Source: an uncultured bacterium (lineage in GTDB: Bacteria > Krumholzibacteriota > Krumholzibacteriia > JACNKJ01). Taken from it: DNA of 64,000 nucleotides. The stretch lies in assembly GCA_963695095.1 (NCBI GenBank), contig CAVOFT010000001.1:2368001-2432000 (forward strand), in the 5' to 3' direction. The position numbers and the translations under genes were made by a program. Shown in pieces: positions 41,558 to 51,614 of the stretch; within the stretch, counting starts at the first letter, position 1, and the number at the start of each line of letters is the position of its first letter. Below the pieces are notes generated by a model, which saw only the letters and a program-made list of their open reading frames with translations, did no database searches and was not told the DNA's origin.

Positions 41558-44422
41558 TCAGCGGTCCGCGTCAGCGCGCGCCAGGCCGCGCAGAATGGCT
41601 CCGGTATGACTGCGAGGACAGGACAGGATCTCGGCGGGCGGACCGGCGAAGAGCAACTCGCCGCCCTCGGGGCCGCCCTCGGGGCCGAGGTCGACGAGCC
41701 AGTCCGCCTCCCGGATGATGTCGGGGTTGTGCTCGATTATAATGACCGTGTGCCCCTTGTCAACCAGGCGCTGGAGGATGCCCATCAGCGTCGCCACGTC
41801 CTGGAAATGCAGGCCCGTGCTGGGCTCATCGAGGATGTAGACGGCGCGGCCGCGGGTGCGCTTGGCCAGCTCCTTGGCCAACTTCAGCCGCTGCGCCTCG
41901 CCGCCCGAGAGGCTCTGCGCACTCTGGCCCAGGCGCAGGTAGCCCAGTCCCACCTCGGCGAGCACGCCCAGGCCGCGGGCGAGGCTGGGGATCTCGCTGA
42001 AGTGCCGCTGCGCCTGGGCCACGGTCATCGCCAGCGCTTCGGCGATGCTGCGCCCGCGGTAGTGGATCTCCAGGGTTTCGCGGTTGAAGCGCCGGCCGCG
42101 GCAGACCTCGCAGGGCACGGCGGCCGGCGGCAGGAAGTGCAGGGCCACCTTGCGCTCGCCGTCGCCCTGGCAGTGCTCGCAGCGGCCGCCTCTCACGTTG
42201 AAGCTGAAGCGGCCCGGCCCGTAACCGCGCAGCCGGCTCTCGGGCAGGGCGGCATAGAGGCGCCGCACCTCGTTCCACAGGCCGGCGTAGGTGGCCGGGT
42301 TGCTGCGGGGCGAGCGGCCGATGGGCGCCTGGTCCACATTGACGACGTCCTCGACGAGCGCGGCTCCCCGCAGGGCGCGGCAGGGACCGGGCTCGCCCGC
42401 CGCTCGGCCCAGTCCGCGCGCGAGCTGGCGATAGAGCGTGTCGCGCACGAGGCTGCTCTTGCCGCTGCCCGACACTCCGGTCACGCAGGTGAGCCGGCCC
42501 AGCGGGATCGCGACGTCGATGGCCTTCAGGTTGTTGCGCGTGGCGCCCTCGATGCGCAGCCAGTCGGCGCCCGGCGGCCGCGCCGGGCGCCAGCTGCTCG
42601 CCGCGCGCAGGCTGCGCCCGGTGGGGCTCTCCGCATGGGCGCGGATCGCCGCCGGCGTGCCCTGGGCGACCACCCGCCCGCCGAGTTCGCCGGCGCCGGG
42701 GCCGAGATCGATCACCCAGTCCGCGCGCTCGATCGTCTCGCGATCGTGCTCGACGACGAGCACCGTATTGCCCCGATCGCGCAGCGTGATCAGCGTGTCG
42801 AGCAGGGCCTGCTGATCGCGCGGGTGCAGGCCGATCGAGGGCTCGTCGAGGATGTAGAGCACGCCGGTCATCGCGGCCCCCACCTGCTCGGCGAGGGCGA
42901 GGCGCTGCCGCTCGCCGCCGGAGAGGGTAGCCGCCGGCCGATCGAGGCTGAGATAGCCCAGGCCCACGCGGCCGAGGAAATCCAGGCGCAGCTGGATCTC
43001 GGGCAGGAGCTGGGCCGCGACGGCCTGGCGCGGGCCGTGGAAGCGCAGGTCGGCGAGGGTGACCGCCAGGCCCGAGATCGGCAGCGCCGACAGCTCGGCG
43101 ATGTTCCGCCCGCCGAGGGTGACGCGCAGGGCATCGGGCGAGAGCCGGCGGCCCGCGCAGGCGGGACAGGCTTCGTCCCCCATCAGGGCCTCGATGCCGC
43201 GGCGCAGGGCGGCGCTGTGGGTCTCCGCGTGGCGGCGCTCGAGGTAGGGGATCAAGCCGGGAAAGGTCTTGCGCACGCGCCCGCGCGGGCTCCGGAGCTG
43301 GATGTCCAGCTCGCCGCGCTGGCTGCCGCCGAGCAGCGTGGCGCGGGCCGCGGCCGGGATCTCCCGCCAGGGCGTCTGCAGCGTGAAGCCGAGCTGCGTG
43401 CCCAGGGCCTCGATCTGGGCGAGCAGCCAGGCGCCTCTCGCCCCGGCGAGAATGGGGATGGCCCCCGCCGCCAGACTGCGCGCGGGATCGGCGACGAGCA
43501 GCGTCTCGCGCACGCGGCGGTTCTTGCCCAGCCCCTGGCACTCCGGGCAGGCGCCGCGGCGGCTGTTGAAGGAGAAGAGGCTGGGCGAGACCTCGGGCAG
43601 GGCGCGCTGGCCGTCCTTGGCCAGGGCGAGATCCCACACCTCGACCTGGCTTGGGCGCTCGCGCCGGGCGCGACTCGCCCCGGCGGCGCGGCCGGCGGCC
43701 GGCACGTCGACGAGCGCGCGCAGGCGACCGCCGCCGAGGGCCAGCGTTCGCTCCAGGCTCGCAGCGAGACGCCGCCGGCTCTTCTCCCCCGTCACGAGTC
43801 GATCCACGACCGCCTCGACGCTGTTGCGCCGGCCCGGCTCCAGGCGCAGATCCTCATCCAGGTCGAGCAGCTCGCCGTTCACGCGCAGCTTGACCAGGCC
43901 CTCGCGCCGGAGCTGGTCGAGCAGGCGCTTCTGGACGCCCTTGCGCTCGTCGAGCACCGGCGCGAGCAGGCTGAGCTTCGTTCCCGCCGGCAGGCTCTCC
44001 AGCCGGACGCGGATCGCCTCGGCGTCCATCATGAAGCCGCCGCCGCCCAGCTCACCGACGCGAGCGAAGAGCAGGCGCAGGAAGTTGCCGATCTCGCTGA
44101 GCGTGCCCACGGTGGAGCGCGGTCCCGCGCTCGTGCTGTGCTGGTTCACCGCCACGGCAGGGCTGAGGCCGTCGACGAAATCGACGTCCGGCTTGCGCAG
44201 CTCGCCGAAGAGCTGTCTCGCCTGGCTCGACAGGCTCTCGACATAGCGGCGCCGGCCCTCGGCGAAGAGCGTGTCGAAGGCGAGGCTGCTCTTGCCCGAG
44301 CCGCTGGGTCCGGTCAGGACCGTGAGGCTGTAGCGCGGGATGTCGACGTCCACATCGCGCAGGTTGTTCTCGCGGGCCCCATGGACCCGGATCGGCGGGG
44401 CCGTGCGCGCGCCCTCGCTCAC
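41558..44422 (-). CDS. uvrA: Excinuclease ABC subunit A
   Basis: [26 protein letters not shown], two ABC cassettes, LSGGEAQRLKL. Confidence 0.95.
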   Translation of the reverse strand: MSEGARTAPPIRVHGARENNLRDVDVDIPRYSLTVLTGPSGSGKSSLAFDTLFAEGRRRYVESLSSQARQLFGELRKPDVDFVDGLSPAVAVNQHSTSAGPRSTVGTLSEIGNFLRLLFARVGELGGGGFMMDAEAIRVRLESLPAGTKLSLLAPVLDERKGVQKRLLDQLRREGLVKLRVNGELLDLDEDLRLEPGRRNSVEAVVDRLVTGEKSRRRLAASLERTLALGGGRLRALVDVPAAGRAAGASRARRERPSQVEVWDLALAKDGQRALPEVSPSLFSFNSRRGACPECQGLGKNRRVRETLLVADPARSLAAGAIPILAGARGAWLLAQIEALGTQLGFTLQTPWREIPAAARATLLGGSQRGELDIQLRSPRGRVRKTFPGLIPYLERRHAETHSAALRRGIEALMGDEACPACAGRRLSPDALRVTLGGRNIAELSALPISGLAVTLADLRFHGPRQAVAAQLLPEIQLRLDFLGRVGLGYLSLDRPAATLSGGERQRLALAEQVGAAMTGVLYILDEPSIGLHPRDQQALLDTLITLRDRGNTVLVVEHDRETIERADWVIDLGPGAGELGGRVVAQGTPAAIRAHAESPTGRSLRAASSWRPARPPGADWLRIEGATRNNLKAIDVAIPLGRLTCVTGVSGSGKSSLVRDTLYRQLARGLGRAAGEPGPCRALRGAALVEDVVNVDQAPIGRSPRSNPATYAGLWNEVRRLYAALPESRLRGYGPGRFSFNVRGGRCEHCQGDGERKVALHFLPPAAVPCEVCRGRRFNRETLEIHYRGRSIAEALAMTVAQAQRHFSEIPSLARGLGVLAEVGLGYLRLGQSAQSLSGGEAQRLKLAKELAKRTRGRAVYILDEPSTGLHFQDVATLMGILQRLVDKGHTVIIIEHNPDIIREADWLVDLGPEGGPEGGELLFAGPPAEILSCPRSHTGAILRGLARADADR

Positions 44423-47400
44423 GGCTCCTCCTCGCGCCGGTCCAGCCGCGCGAGCCCGGCGGCAGCGCTCTGGGCGATCTCGGGCGTGGCCCGCTTGGCC
44501 GACTGCACCTGGCCGTAGAGGCGGCGAGCCTCGGCGAGCGCTCCCGCCTGCTCGTGGAGGGCCGCCGCGCGCAGGAGGGCCGTCACTCCCCAGAGGCCCT
44601 GGGCGCCATAGCGCGTGCCCACGCGCAGGAAGGCGCCGACGGCGGCCTCCCGCTCGCCCAGCGTCTCCAGGCAGTCCCCCACCCAGAAGCCCAGGCGGGC
44701 CCGGCTCTCCGCATCGCCGAGCAGGAAGAGCTCGGCCTCGCGATAGGCGAGGATGGCGCCCTCGGCATCGCCCAGCTCCTGGAGCAGGCGGCCGCGCTTG
44801 AGCCTGGCTTCGGGCGCGCGCGGGTCCCCGGGCCAGCCCGCGAGAAAGCGCTCGACGCAGGCCAGGGCCTCCTCGACCCGTCCCGCCCGCTCGAGCGCCT
44901 GAGCGGCGTCCTGGAGCAGTTCGGGACCGGGCTCGGCGCTCAGGGCCAGGCACTGGCTGAACTGCGCGGCGGCGGCGGTCCAGTCGCCCTGCCCGGCCAG
45001 CCGCACGGCCACCTGCTCGGCGAGCCGCAGCGTGGTGGCGCTCGCCGCGCAGCAGAGCTGCAGCTCGGCGAGCGCGGACTGGGCGGTGCCCAGCTCGCCC
45101 CGTCGCAGCGCGAGCAGGGCGCCTTCGCCCTGCGCCTCGCCGGCAGCCGGCGTGCCCGGGTAGCTCTCGCGACAGCGGGCGAAGTGGCGCTCCGCGCCCG
45201 CGACGTCGCCGGCAACCAGCCGCTCGCGCCCGAAGGCGAGCCAGACGGCGGCCGCGGTGGCCGGCTCCAGCCCCTGGCCATCGGAGAGCGCAGCCCAGGC
45301 GCCGGCCGCCGCCTGCCCGCGACCGGCGAGCAGCAGGGCCTGGACGCTCTCCGCCTCGGCCTGCCGGCGCGCGTCGCCGAGCTCCACCGCGGCCAGCAGC
45401 GCCGCGTAGTGCGCGACGGCCGCTTCGCCTTGGCGCTCCGCCAGCAGCAGACGGCCGCGCAGCAAGCCGCCCTCCACTGCCCGGGCACCCGGGCCGGCCA
45501 GGCCGGCAAGCAGCGCGATGGCCTCCTCCTCCCGCCCGTCCGCGCCGGCCGCCGCGCCGAGCCGCCAGGCGGCCTCGCGGCGCAGGCGGGCGTCGCCGCC
45601 GGCCAGCACCTGCTCCAGCAGGGCGATCGATGCTGCGCGCTCGCCTTGGCGCTCGGCGCAGAGAGCCAGGCGATAGCGCCCGGCATCGGCCAGGGCGCCT
45701 TCTCCACCGGGCAGGCCGGCAAGCAGACGACGATAGCTGGCGGCGGCCTGGGCCCAGTCGCCCTGCCGGAACTGGCAGTCGCCCCGCCAGAGGAGGCCCA
45801 GCAGCCGCCGGCCGCTGGCCGGCGCCAGCTCGAGGAAGGCCTCGAAATGTCGCTGAGCCCGCCGGGGGTGGCGCGCAACGGATTCCAGGCGGCCCAGCTC
45901 GAAGTGCGCCTCCCCCGCCTCGGGGCTGCGGGGGGCTGCGGCCAGGAGCGTCGCGAGGCGCTGCCGGGCCTGGGCGGAATCCCCTGCCGCCAGCGCGAGG
46001 CGGCCCGCGCAGAGGCCGGCCCGCGCAGCCCAGGGCGAGTCGGCGGGGGCGAGGGCCAGGGCCCGCTCGGCGTCGGCGATCGCAAGCCCGGCCTCCGCCT
46101 GCTCGGGCCGCACTCGCCGCAGCTCTGCCCGCTCATAATAGTAGGGGGCGAGATCGGGGCCCGGCGGGCTCCCGGCGAGCAGGGCATCGAGCGCCGGCAG
46201 GCGATCGGCGCCGGCTGGCGTTTCCCCGAGGGCGATGAGCGCGAGCTCGGTTCGGGCCGCCTGCAGCGTTGTCGGATCCGCGGCGGCCATGGCCAGGCAG
46301 GCCTCGAGATCCCGCCTCGCCTGCTCGCGCCAGGGCCCGGCTGCCGTCCCCTGGGGCGCGACCAGCGCCAGGCGCTCCGCCTCCAGGCGGGCGGCCCGGC
46401 CGGCCGCCAGGAGGCACTCGGCTCGCTGCACGGCTGCCGGCTCCCGCGTGGCCAGCTCGCCGAAGTGCCGGGCCGCCGTCGGGAAATCCTTGAAGTCCTC
46501 GAGCAGCAGCGCGCCCACGCGCCAGGCCTGGGCGCGGCCGGCCTCCCCCGCCGCCTCGTCCTGCGCGCGCATGGCGGCCAGCAGGCGCGCAAGGGCTCCT
46601 TCTCGATCCGCGGGATAGTAGCGCTCGAGCAGCTCCTGGCGACGAGCGGCTTCCCCGGTGAAGGCGCTGCCGCCGTGCTCCGCGAGCAGGCGGCCATGGA
46701 GGGCAAGGGCGCGCGGACCGTCGCCGGCGCGCTCGGCCCCGCGGGCCAGCCGGGCCAGCGCCGCGGCAGCGGGATCCTCGTCACCGGCCTCCAGGGCAGC
46801 CTGTTCCCAGGCGCGCCGGGCCGCCTCCCCCTGCCCCAGCCGCGCCTCGGCATCGCCCAGGGACACGAGCAAGCGGGCGCGAGCGGTCGGTTCGCCGAGT
46901 CGCAGCAGCAGCTCCCGCGCCGCCGACTCCAGGGCGGCCGCAGTAGAATCGGCAGCAGCGCCCATCCGCCCGGCGAACAGAGCGAAGCGGCGCTCCAGAG
47001 CGCTCTGCCCAAGGCTACCCGTGGGATCCAGAGCTGCCGCCCGGCTCAGCGCCGCCAGAGCAGTGGCCTCGTCTCCGGCCGCCGTGGCCGCGGCCGCGAC
47101 GCGGAGCAGTCCCTCCGGGCTGGGGCCGCGGGCCTCCTGCTCGAGCCGGGCCACGGCCAGCGCTTCGGTCCCCTGGCCCGCCGCGAGGAGCAGGGCAATC
47201 TCCCGCGCGAACAGGGCTGGCCGCGCGGCATCGCGCCGGCGCAGGGCGGCCAGGTCGGCGGCGGCCGCCGCCGGGCGGCCGGCGGCCTCGTGTAGCTCGG
47301 CGCGCAGCGATAGCGCGCGGGCGGCGAGTTCGGCTTCCGGGAACTGGGCGAGCACCCAGGCCAGCTCGGCCAAGGCCCCGGCCTCGTCGCCGGCAACGTG

Positions 47401-48057
47401 GGACTGCCCGGCCAGGGCCAGGGCGGCAAAGCCCGCCAGGGGATGCCGGGGCTGGCGCCGGCGCAGCGCGATCAGATCCGCGCGCGCGGCGGCCGGGTCC
47501 CGGTCGGCGCGCAGCTGGGCTCGCTCGTAGAGGGCGCGGCCAGCCAGTTCGCCCGCCTCGCCGGCCGCCAGCAGCTGGTCGAGCAGGGTCAGGGCCAGCG
47601 CAGCCTCCCCCCGCCCGGCCGCGTTGCGGGCGCAGAGCAACAGCGCCTCGCCGCGGGCGGCGAAGTCCGGGTAGTCCAGGAGTAGGCGGCGCAACAGCGG
47701 CTCGCTCTCGGCGAGCAGGCCGGCCTCGGTGCCGGCGCTGGCCGCGCTGAGCAGGGCGGGCGCGGCGCGGGCATCGCCGGGGGCCAGCTCCGCAAAGGCA
47801 GCGAAGGCGGCCAGCGCCCCCGCCGGCCGGCCGAGCGCGAGGCAGGTTTCGCCCAGCAGATGAGCCACCTCGGCGCGCTCCGGATGCGCGGGCTGGGCGG
47901 CGAGCCAGGCCTCCATCTGGGCCGCCGCCGGCTCCGCGAGCCCAGTGGCCACGAGGCGGCGGAAGAAGTGCAGGTCCTCCGTCTCGCCGGCGGCCGGCCG
48001 GGGCAGGGGGCCGAGCAGCAGGGCCGCGAGGAGCAGGGCGCGCAGAGGGGCGGGCAT
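44419..48057 (-). CDS. Large exported TPR-repeat protein (~1210 aa)
   Basis: Signal-peptide-like N-terminus; repeated TPR-like units (YPD..A..ALL, A.F.LG); stop overlaps the uvrA GTG. Confidence 0.8.
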   Translation of the reverse strand: MPAPLRALLLAALLLGPLPRPAAGETEDLHFFRRLVATGLAEPAAAQMEAWLAAQPAHPERAEVAHLLGETCLALGRPAGALAAFAAFAELAPGDARAAPALLSAASAGTEAGLLAESEPLLRRLLLDYPDFAARGEALLLCARNAAGRGEAALALTLLDQLLAAGEAGELAGRALYERAQLRADRDPAAARADLIALRRRQPRHPLAGFAALALAGQSHVAGDEAGALAELAWVLAQFPEAELAARALSLRAELHEAAGRPAAAAADLAALRRRDAARPALFAREIALLLAAGQGTEALAVARLEQEARGPSPEGLLRVAAAATAAGDEATALAALSRAAALDPTGSLGQSALERRFALFAGRMGAAADSTAAALESAARELLLRLGEPTARARLLVSLGDAEARLGQGEAARRAWEQAALEAGDEDPAAAALARLARGAERAGDGPRALALHGRLLAEHGGSAFTGEAARRQELLERYYPADREGALARLLAAMRAQDEAAGEAGRAQAWRVGALLLEDFKDFPTAARHFGELATREPAAVQRAECLLAAGRAARLEAERLALVAPQGTAAGPWREQARRDLEACLAMAAADPTTLQAARTELALIALGETPAGADRLPALDALLAGSPPGPDLAPYYYERAELRRVRPEQAEAGLAIADAERALALAPADSPWAARAGLCAGRLALAAGDSAQARQRLATLLAAAPRSPEAGEAHFELGRLESVARHPRRAQRHFEAFLELAPASGRRLLGLLWRGDCQFRQGDWAQAAASYRRLLAGLPGGEGALADAGRYRLALCAERQGERAASIALLEQVLAGGDARLRREAAWRLGAAAGADGREEEAIALLAGLAGPGARAVEGGLLRGRLLLAERQGEAAVAHYAALLAAVELGDARRQAEAESVQALLLAGRGQAAAGAWAALSDGQGLEPATAAAVWLAFGRERLVAGDVAGAERHFARCRESYPGTPAAGEAQGEGALLALRRGELGTAQSALAELQLCCAASATTLRLAEQVAVRLAGQGDWTAAAAQFSQCLALSAEPGPELLQDAAQALERAGRVEEALACVERFLAGWPGDPRAPEARLKRGRLLQELGDAEGAILAYREAELFLLGDAESRARLGFWVGDCLETLGEREAAVGAFLRVGTRYGAQGLWGVTALLRAAALHEQAGALAEARRLYGQVQSAKRATPEIAQSAAAGLARLDRREEEP

Positions 48058-48065
48058 GGCGATTC

Positions 48066-49361
48066 CTAGGGGCTGATCCGGGTCATCATGCGCGGGAAGG
48101 GAATGCACTCCCGGATATGGCGGCGCCCGGCCAGCCAGGCCAGGGTGCGCTCGATGCCGATGCCGAAACCGCTGTGCGGGAAGCTGCCGTAACGGCGCAG
48201 GTCGAGATACCACTCGTAAGGCTCGCGCGGGAGTCCGTGTTCGGCGATGCGCCGCTCGAGAAAGGCGAGCTCGTCCGCGCGCTGGCCGCCGCCGACGATC
48301 TCGCCGTAACCCTCCGGGGCCAGGCAGTCCACCGAGAGCGAGTACTTGTCGTCCGTGGGATCGGGCGCCATGTAGAAGGCCTTGATGGCGCTGGGAAAGT
48401 GATGGACGAAGACCGGCCGGTCGTAGGCGTTCGAGATCAGCGTCTCGTCCTCGGCGCCGAAGTCGCCGCCCCAGGCGAAGTCCACCCCCTGCGCGCGCAG
48501 GAAGGCCACCGCCTCGTCGTAGTGCAGGCGCGGGAAAGGCGCGCGCACCCGTTCCAGGGCGGCGACGTCGCGCTCGAGCACCTCGCTGAGCAGCGCGCGG
48601 TGCGCCTCGAGCACGCGCTGCGCCACGTACTCGAGCAGGCGCTCGCTGACGTCCATCACGTCGGCGAGGTCGGCAAAGGCCATCTCCGGCTCCATCATCC
48701 AGAACTCGGTGAGGTGCCGGCGGGTCTTGCTCTTCTCGGCGCGGAAGGTGGGGCCGTAGCAGTAGACCTTGCCGAAGGCGGCGGCCGCCGCCTCCATGTA
48801 GAGCTGGCCGCTCTGGGTGAGGAAGGCCTTGTCGCCGTAGTAGTCCACGCTGAAGAGCGTCGAGGTGCCCTCCACGGAGCTGGGCGTGAAGATCGGCGCG
48901 TCCACGTGCAGGAAGCCGTCCGCCCGCATGAACTCGTGGATGGCGGCAATCAGCGTGCCGCGCACCGTGAGCAGGGCATGCTGCTGGCGGCTGCGCAGCC
49001 AGAGGTGGCGGCGCTCGAGCAGGAAGTCGACTCCGTGCTCCTTGGGCGAGATCGGGTAATCGATGCTGGGCGCCACGACCGCGTAGTCCGTCAACACCAG
49101 CTCGTAGCCGCCCGGCGCCCGCGCGTCGGCGCGCACGAGGCCCGTCACCGTGAGGCTGGTCTCCTGGGTCAGCGCTTCCACGGCCGCGAAGCGATCCGCC
49201 CCCAGCGACTCCGCCGAGGCCACGGCCTGGATGATGCCCGAGCCGTCCCGCACGAGCAGGAACTGCACCTTCTTGCTGCCGCGCTTGTTGTAGAGCCAGC
49301 CGGCGAGGGTCACCTCGCGGCCGGCGTGCTCGCCGATGGCGGCGATCCTCACCGATTGCAT
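48066..49361 (-). CDS. asnS: Asparagine-tRNA ligase
   Basis: RHLWLRS, FLTQSGQLY, FRAEKSKTRRHLTEFWMMEPE, GEIVGGGQR, PHSGFGIGIER. Confidence 0.95.
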   Translation of the reverse strand: MQSVRIAAIGEHAGREVTLAGWLYNKRGSKKVQFLLVRDGSGIIQAVASAESLGADRFAAVEALTQETSLTVTGLVRADARAPGGYELVLTDYAVVAPSIDYPISPKEHGVDFLLERRHLWLRSRQQHALLTVRGTLIAAIHEFMRADGFLHVDAPIFTPSSVEGTSTLFSVDYYGDKAFLTQSGQLYMEAAAAAFGKVYCYGPTFRAEKSKTRRHLTEFWMMEPEMAFADLADVMDVSERLLEYVAQRVLEAHRALLSEVLERDVAALERVRAPFPRLHYDEAVAFLRAQGVDFAWGGDFGAEDETLISNAYDRPVFVHHFPSAIKAFYMAPDPTDDKYSLSVDCLAPEGYGEIVGGGQRADELAFLERRIAEHGLPREPYEWYLDLRRYGSFPHSGFGIGIERTLAWLAGRRHIRECIPFPRMMTRISP

Positions 49362-49389
49362 GCGCGCTCCTTCCGGCGGAGGGCCGGTC

Positions 49390-50073
49390 TCAGGGCTCCA
49401 GCCGGCCAAAGTCCTCGTTGCGGGCGATCACGGACAGGCGATCCCCGGGCGCGAAGCGGAAGTCCCCGTCCGGGACGGGATAGACGCGGCGCTCGCTGCG
49501 CCCCTCCGCCAGGCTGATACGGCGGATGGCCAGCACGGCCAGGCCGTGCTGGCGGCGAAGCTGCAGCTCGCCGATCGTCTTGCCGACGAAGGCCGCGGGC
49601 ACTTCGATCTCACGCAGCGAGTGGCCCTCGGGCAGGTCCACGAACTCGATGACGTCGCCGCGCACGAGGTTCTGGGCCAGGCGCTGGCCCATCTCCTGCT
49701 CGGCGAAGATCACGCGGGTGGCCCCCACGCGTTCCAGGATGCGCCGGCGCATCGGCGTTTCGGTGCGCGTGATGATCTGCGGAATGCCCGCCTCGGCCGC
49801 CCAGGACGTGATCAGCACGTTCACCTCGAACAGCGAGCCCACGCCGATGACCAGCAGGTCGACGCGCGCGATGTCCAGTTCCTCGAGCGCGCCATCCTGG
49901 GTGGCGTCCACGCAGACCGCGAGGGCGACCTCGTCCTTGATCCGTTCCACGAAGCGCAGCTCGCGATCGACGGCCAGCACCTCGACGCCCAATTCGCTCA
50001 GCGTGCGCGCGACGGCCCGGCCGAACCGGCCGAGCCCGATGACGGCGGCGCGCTTGATCATTCGATCAGCCAT
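49390..50073 (-). CDS. trkA: TrkA/KtrA family K+ uptake regulatory subunit
   Basis: VIGLGRFG Rossmann motif plus RCK-C domain. Confidence 0.9.
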   Translation of the reverse strand: MADRMIKRAAVIGLGRFGRAVARTLSELGVEVLAVDRELRFVERIKDEVALAVCVDATQDGALEELDIARVDLLVIGVGSLFEVNVLITSWAAEAGIPQIITRTETPMRRRILERVGATRVIFAEQEMGQRLAQNLVRGDVIEFVDLPEGHSLREIEVPAAFVGKTIGELQLRRQHGLAVLAIRRISLAEGRSERRVYPVPDGDFRFAPGDRLSVIARNEDFGRLEP

Positions 50074-50117
50074 GGCGGGGTCCCTTCAGCCCGGCGCGCC
50101 GGGCAGATAGATCGGCC

Positions 50118-50145
50118 AGTCTAGCACAGGGTGGGGCCTTTGCAA
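50118..50145 (-). promoter_or_regulatory. Candidate promoter for trkA-asnS
   Basis: TTGCAA-16 nt-TAGACT with extended TG. Confidence 0.45.
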
Positions 50146-50163
50146 CGGCGAAGGGGGCCCGGC

Positions 50164-51504
50164 TCAGCCCACCATCAGCGCCTCTTCGGGCAGCCGGTAG
50201 TGTCGCTCGCGCCAGCCGCCGGCGACGCCCAGGGCCACCGTGAGCAGGCCCACCCGGCCACAGAACATGACCAGCACGAGCAGTAGCTTCGCGGCCGCGC
50301 CGAGCTCGCCGGAGAGCCCTGTCGAGAGGCCGACGGTGCCGAAGGCCGAGACCACCTCGAAGGCGGCGACGGACACGGTGACCGGCTCGAGCAGCAGGAT
50401 GCCCAGGGTTCCGCCCAGGACGAGGACGAGGCCGGCGCTGAGAACGGCCAGCGCCTCGCGGAGGACGCCTTCGGGCACGCTGCGGCCGGCCAGGTCCACG
50501 CGGCTCCGGCCGCGGAAGTAGCCCCAGAGCAGCAGGACGACGAGAATCATCGTGGAGACCTTGACGCCGCCGCCCGTGGAGCCCGGCGCGGCGCCGACGA
50601 ACATGAGCAGGATGCTGGTGAAGGTCCCCGCGGGCGAAAGCGAACTCTGCGGAAAGACGTCGAAGCCGGCCGTGCGGCAGGTGACGGACTGGAAGAAGGC
50701 GACCAGGAGCCGTTCGCCCGACCCGCGCCCGGCCAGTGCGCCCGTTCGCTCCGTCCACAGGAAGAGCAGCGTGCCGCCCAGCCACAGCAGCAGCGAGCCC
50801 GCGATGACCACGCGGGCCTGTAGAGAGAAACGGCGGCCGCCGCCACGCAGGCGGCCGAGCAGCTCGAAGCTGAGCAGGAAGCCGATGCCCCCGACCATGA
50901 TCAGCGCCGCGATGACGAGCAGCGGCGCCGGCGCGCCGTGGAAGCGGGCAAGGCTGTCGGGATAGAGCGAGAAGCCCGCGTTGCAGAAGGCGCTGATGGC
51001 GTGGAAGACCGCGGCGAAGAGGCGGTGGTAGCCGGCGCCCAGCGCCGCGCCGCCCAGGAGATGCAGCAGCAGGGCCCCCACCGCCTCCACCGCCAGCGCG
51101 AAGCCGACGACGCCCAGCACCAGGCCGCGCAGTCCGCGAATGCCGCCCGTGCGCAAGTCCTCGCGGAGCGCAAAGCGCTGGCCCAGGCCCAGGTCGCGCC
51201 GGGCCATGAGGGCGAACAGGCTGGTCACGCTGAGGATGCCCAGCCCACCGGCCTGGAAGAGGAGCAGGATGACGGTCTTGCCCAGCGGCGTGAAGTGGCT
51301 GCCCGTGTCCACCACGGTGAGCCCCGTCACGCAGGCCGCGCTGGTAGCCGTGAAGAGGGCGTCCACGAGGCCGAGGCGAGGACCGTGGGAACAGGCGGGC
51401 AGCGCCAGCAGCAGGGCGCCGGTGAGAATGAGCAGGCAGAAGCCGAGCCCGATGAGGGCCGCGGGGGGTAGGCGACGGCGCGCTGGGAAGATGAAGGAGC
51501 TCAC
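50164..51504 (-). CDS. trkH: TrkH/KtrB family K+ uptake membrane protein
   Basis: ATSAACVTGL, SAFCNAGF, CRTAGF, PGSTGGGVK, SAFGTVGLSTG. Confidence 0.93.
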   Translation of the reverse strand: MSSFIFPARRRLPPAALIGLGFCLLILTGALLLALPACSHGPRLGLVDALFTATSAACVTGLTVVDTGSHFTPLGKTVILLLFQAGGLGILSVTSLFALMARRDLGLGQRFALREDLRTGGIRGLRGLVLGVVGFALAVEAVGALLLHLLGGAALGAGYHRLFAAVFHAISAFCNAGFSLYPDSLARFHGAPAPLLVIAALIMVGGIGFLLSFELLGRLRGGGRRFSLQARVVIAGSLLLWLGGTLLFLWTERTGALAGRGSGERLLVAFFQSVTCRTAGFDVFPQSSLSPAGTFTSILLMFVGAAPGSTGGGVKVSTMILVVLLLWGYFRGRSRVDLAGRSVPEGVLREALAVLSAGLVLVLGGTLGILLLEPVTVSVAAFEVVSAFGTVGLSTGLSGELGAAAKLLLVLVMFCGRVGLLTVALGVAGGWRERHYRLPEEALMVG

Positions 51505-51561
51505 GAGCCCGGCATGATAGGAGGCAAGTGCGGTGGCTTGTCAAGCGCCGCTCCCCGCAAT

Positions 51562-51590
51562 GAAACGGGGAGGGGGCAGGCCCCCTCCCC
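51562..51590 (-). terminator. Rho-independent terminator after the histone-like gene
   Basis: GGGGAGGGGG-cctg-CCCCCTCCCC followed by GTTTC. Confidence 0.7.
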
Positions 51591-51614
51591 TTCAGATGCG
51601 GAGCTGTCGGCCAG

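Noticed and set aside
51514..51544. TTGACA...TATCAT upstream of trkH
   Set aside because: The spacer is 19 nt; it may be a near-leaderless promoter but is too uncertain to list.
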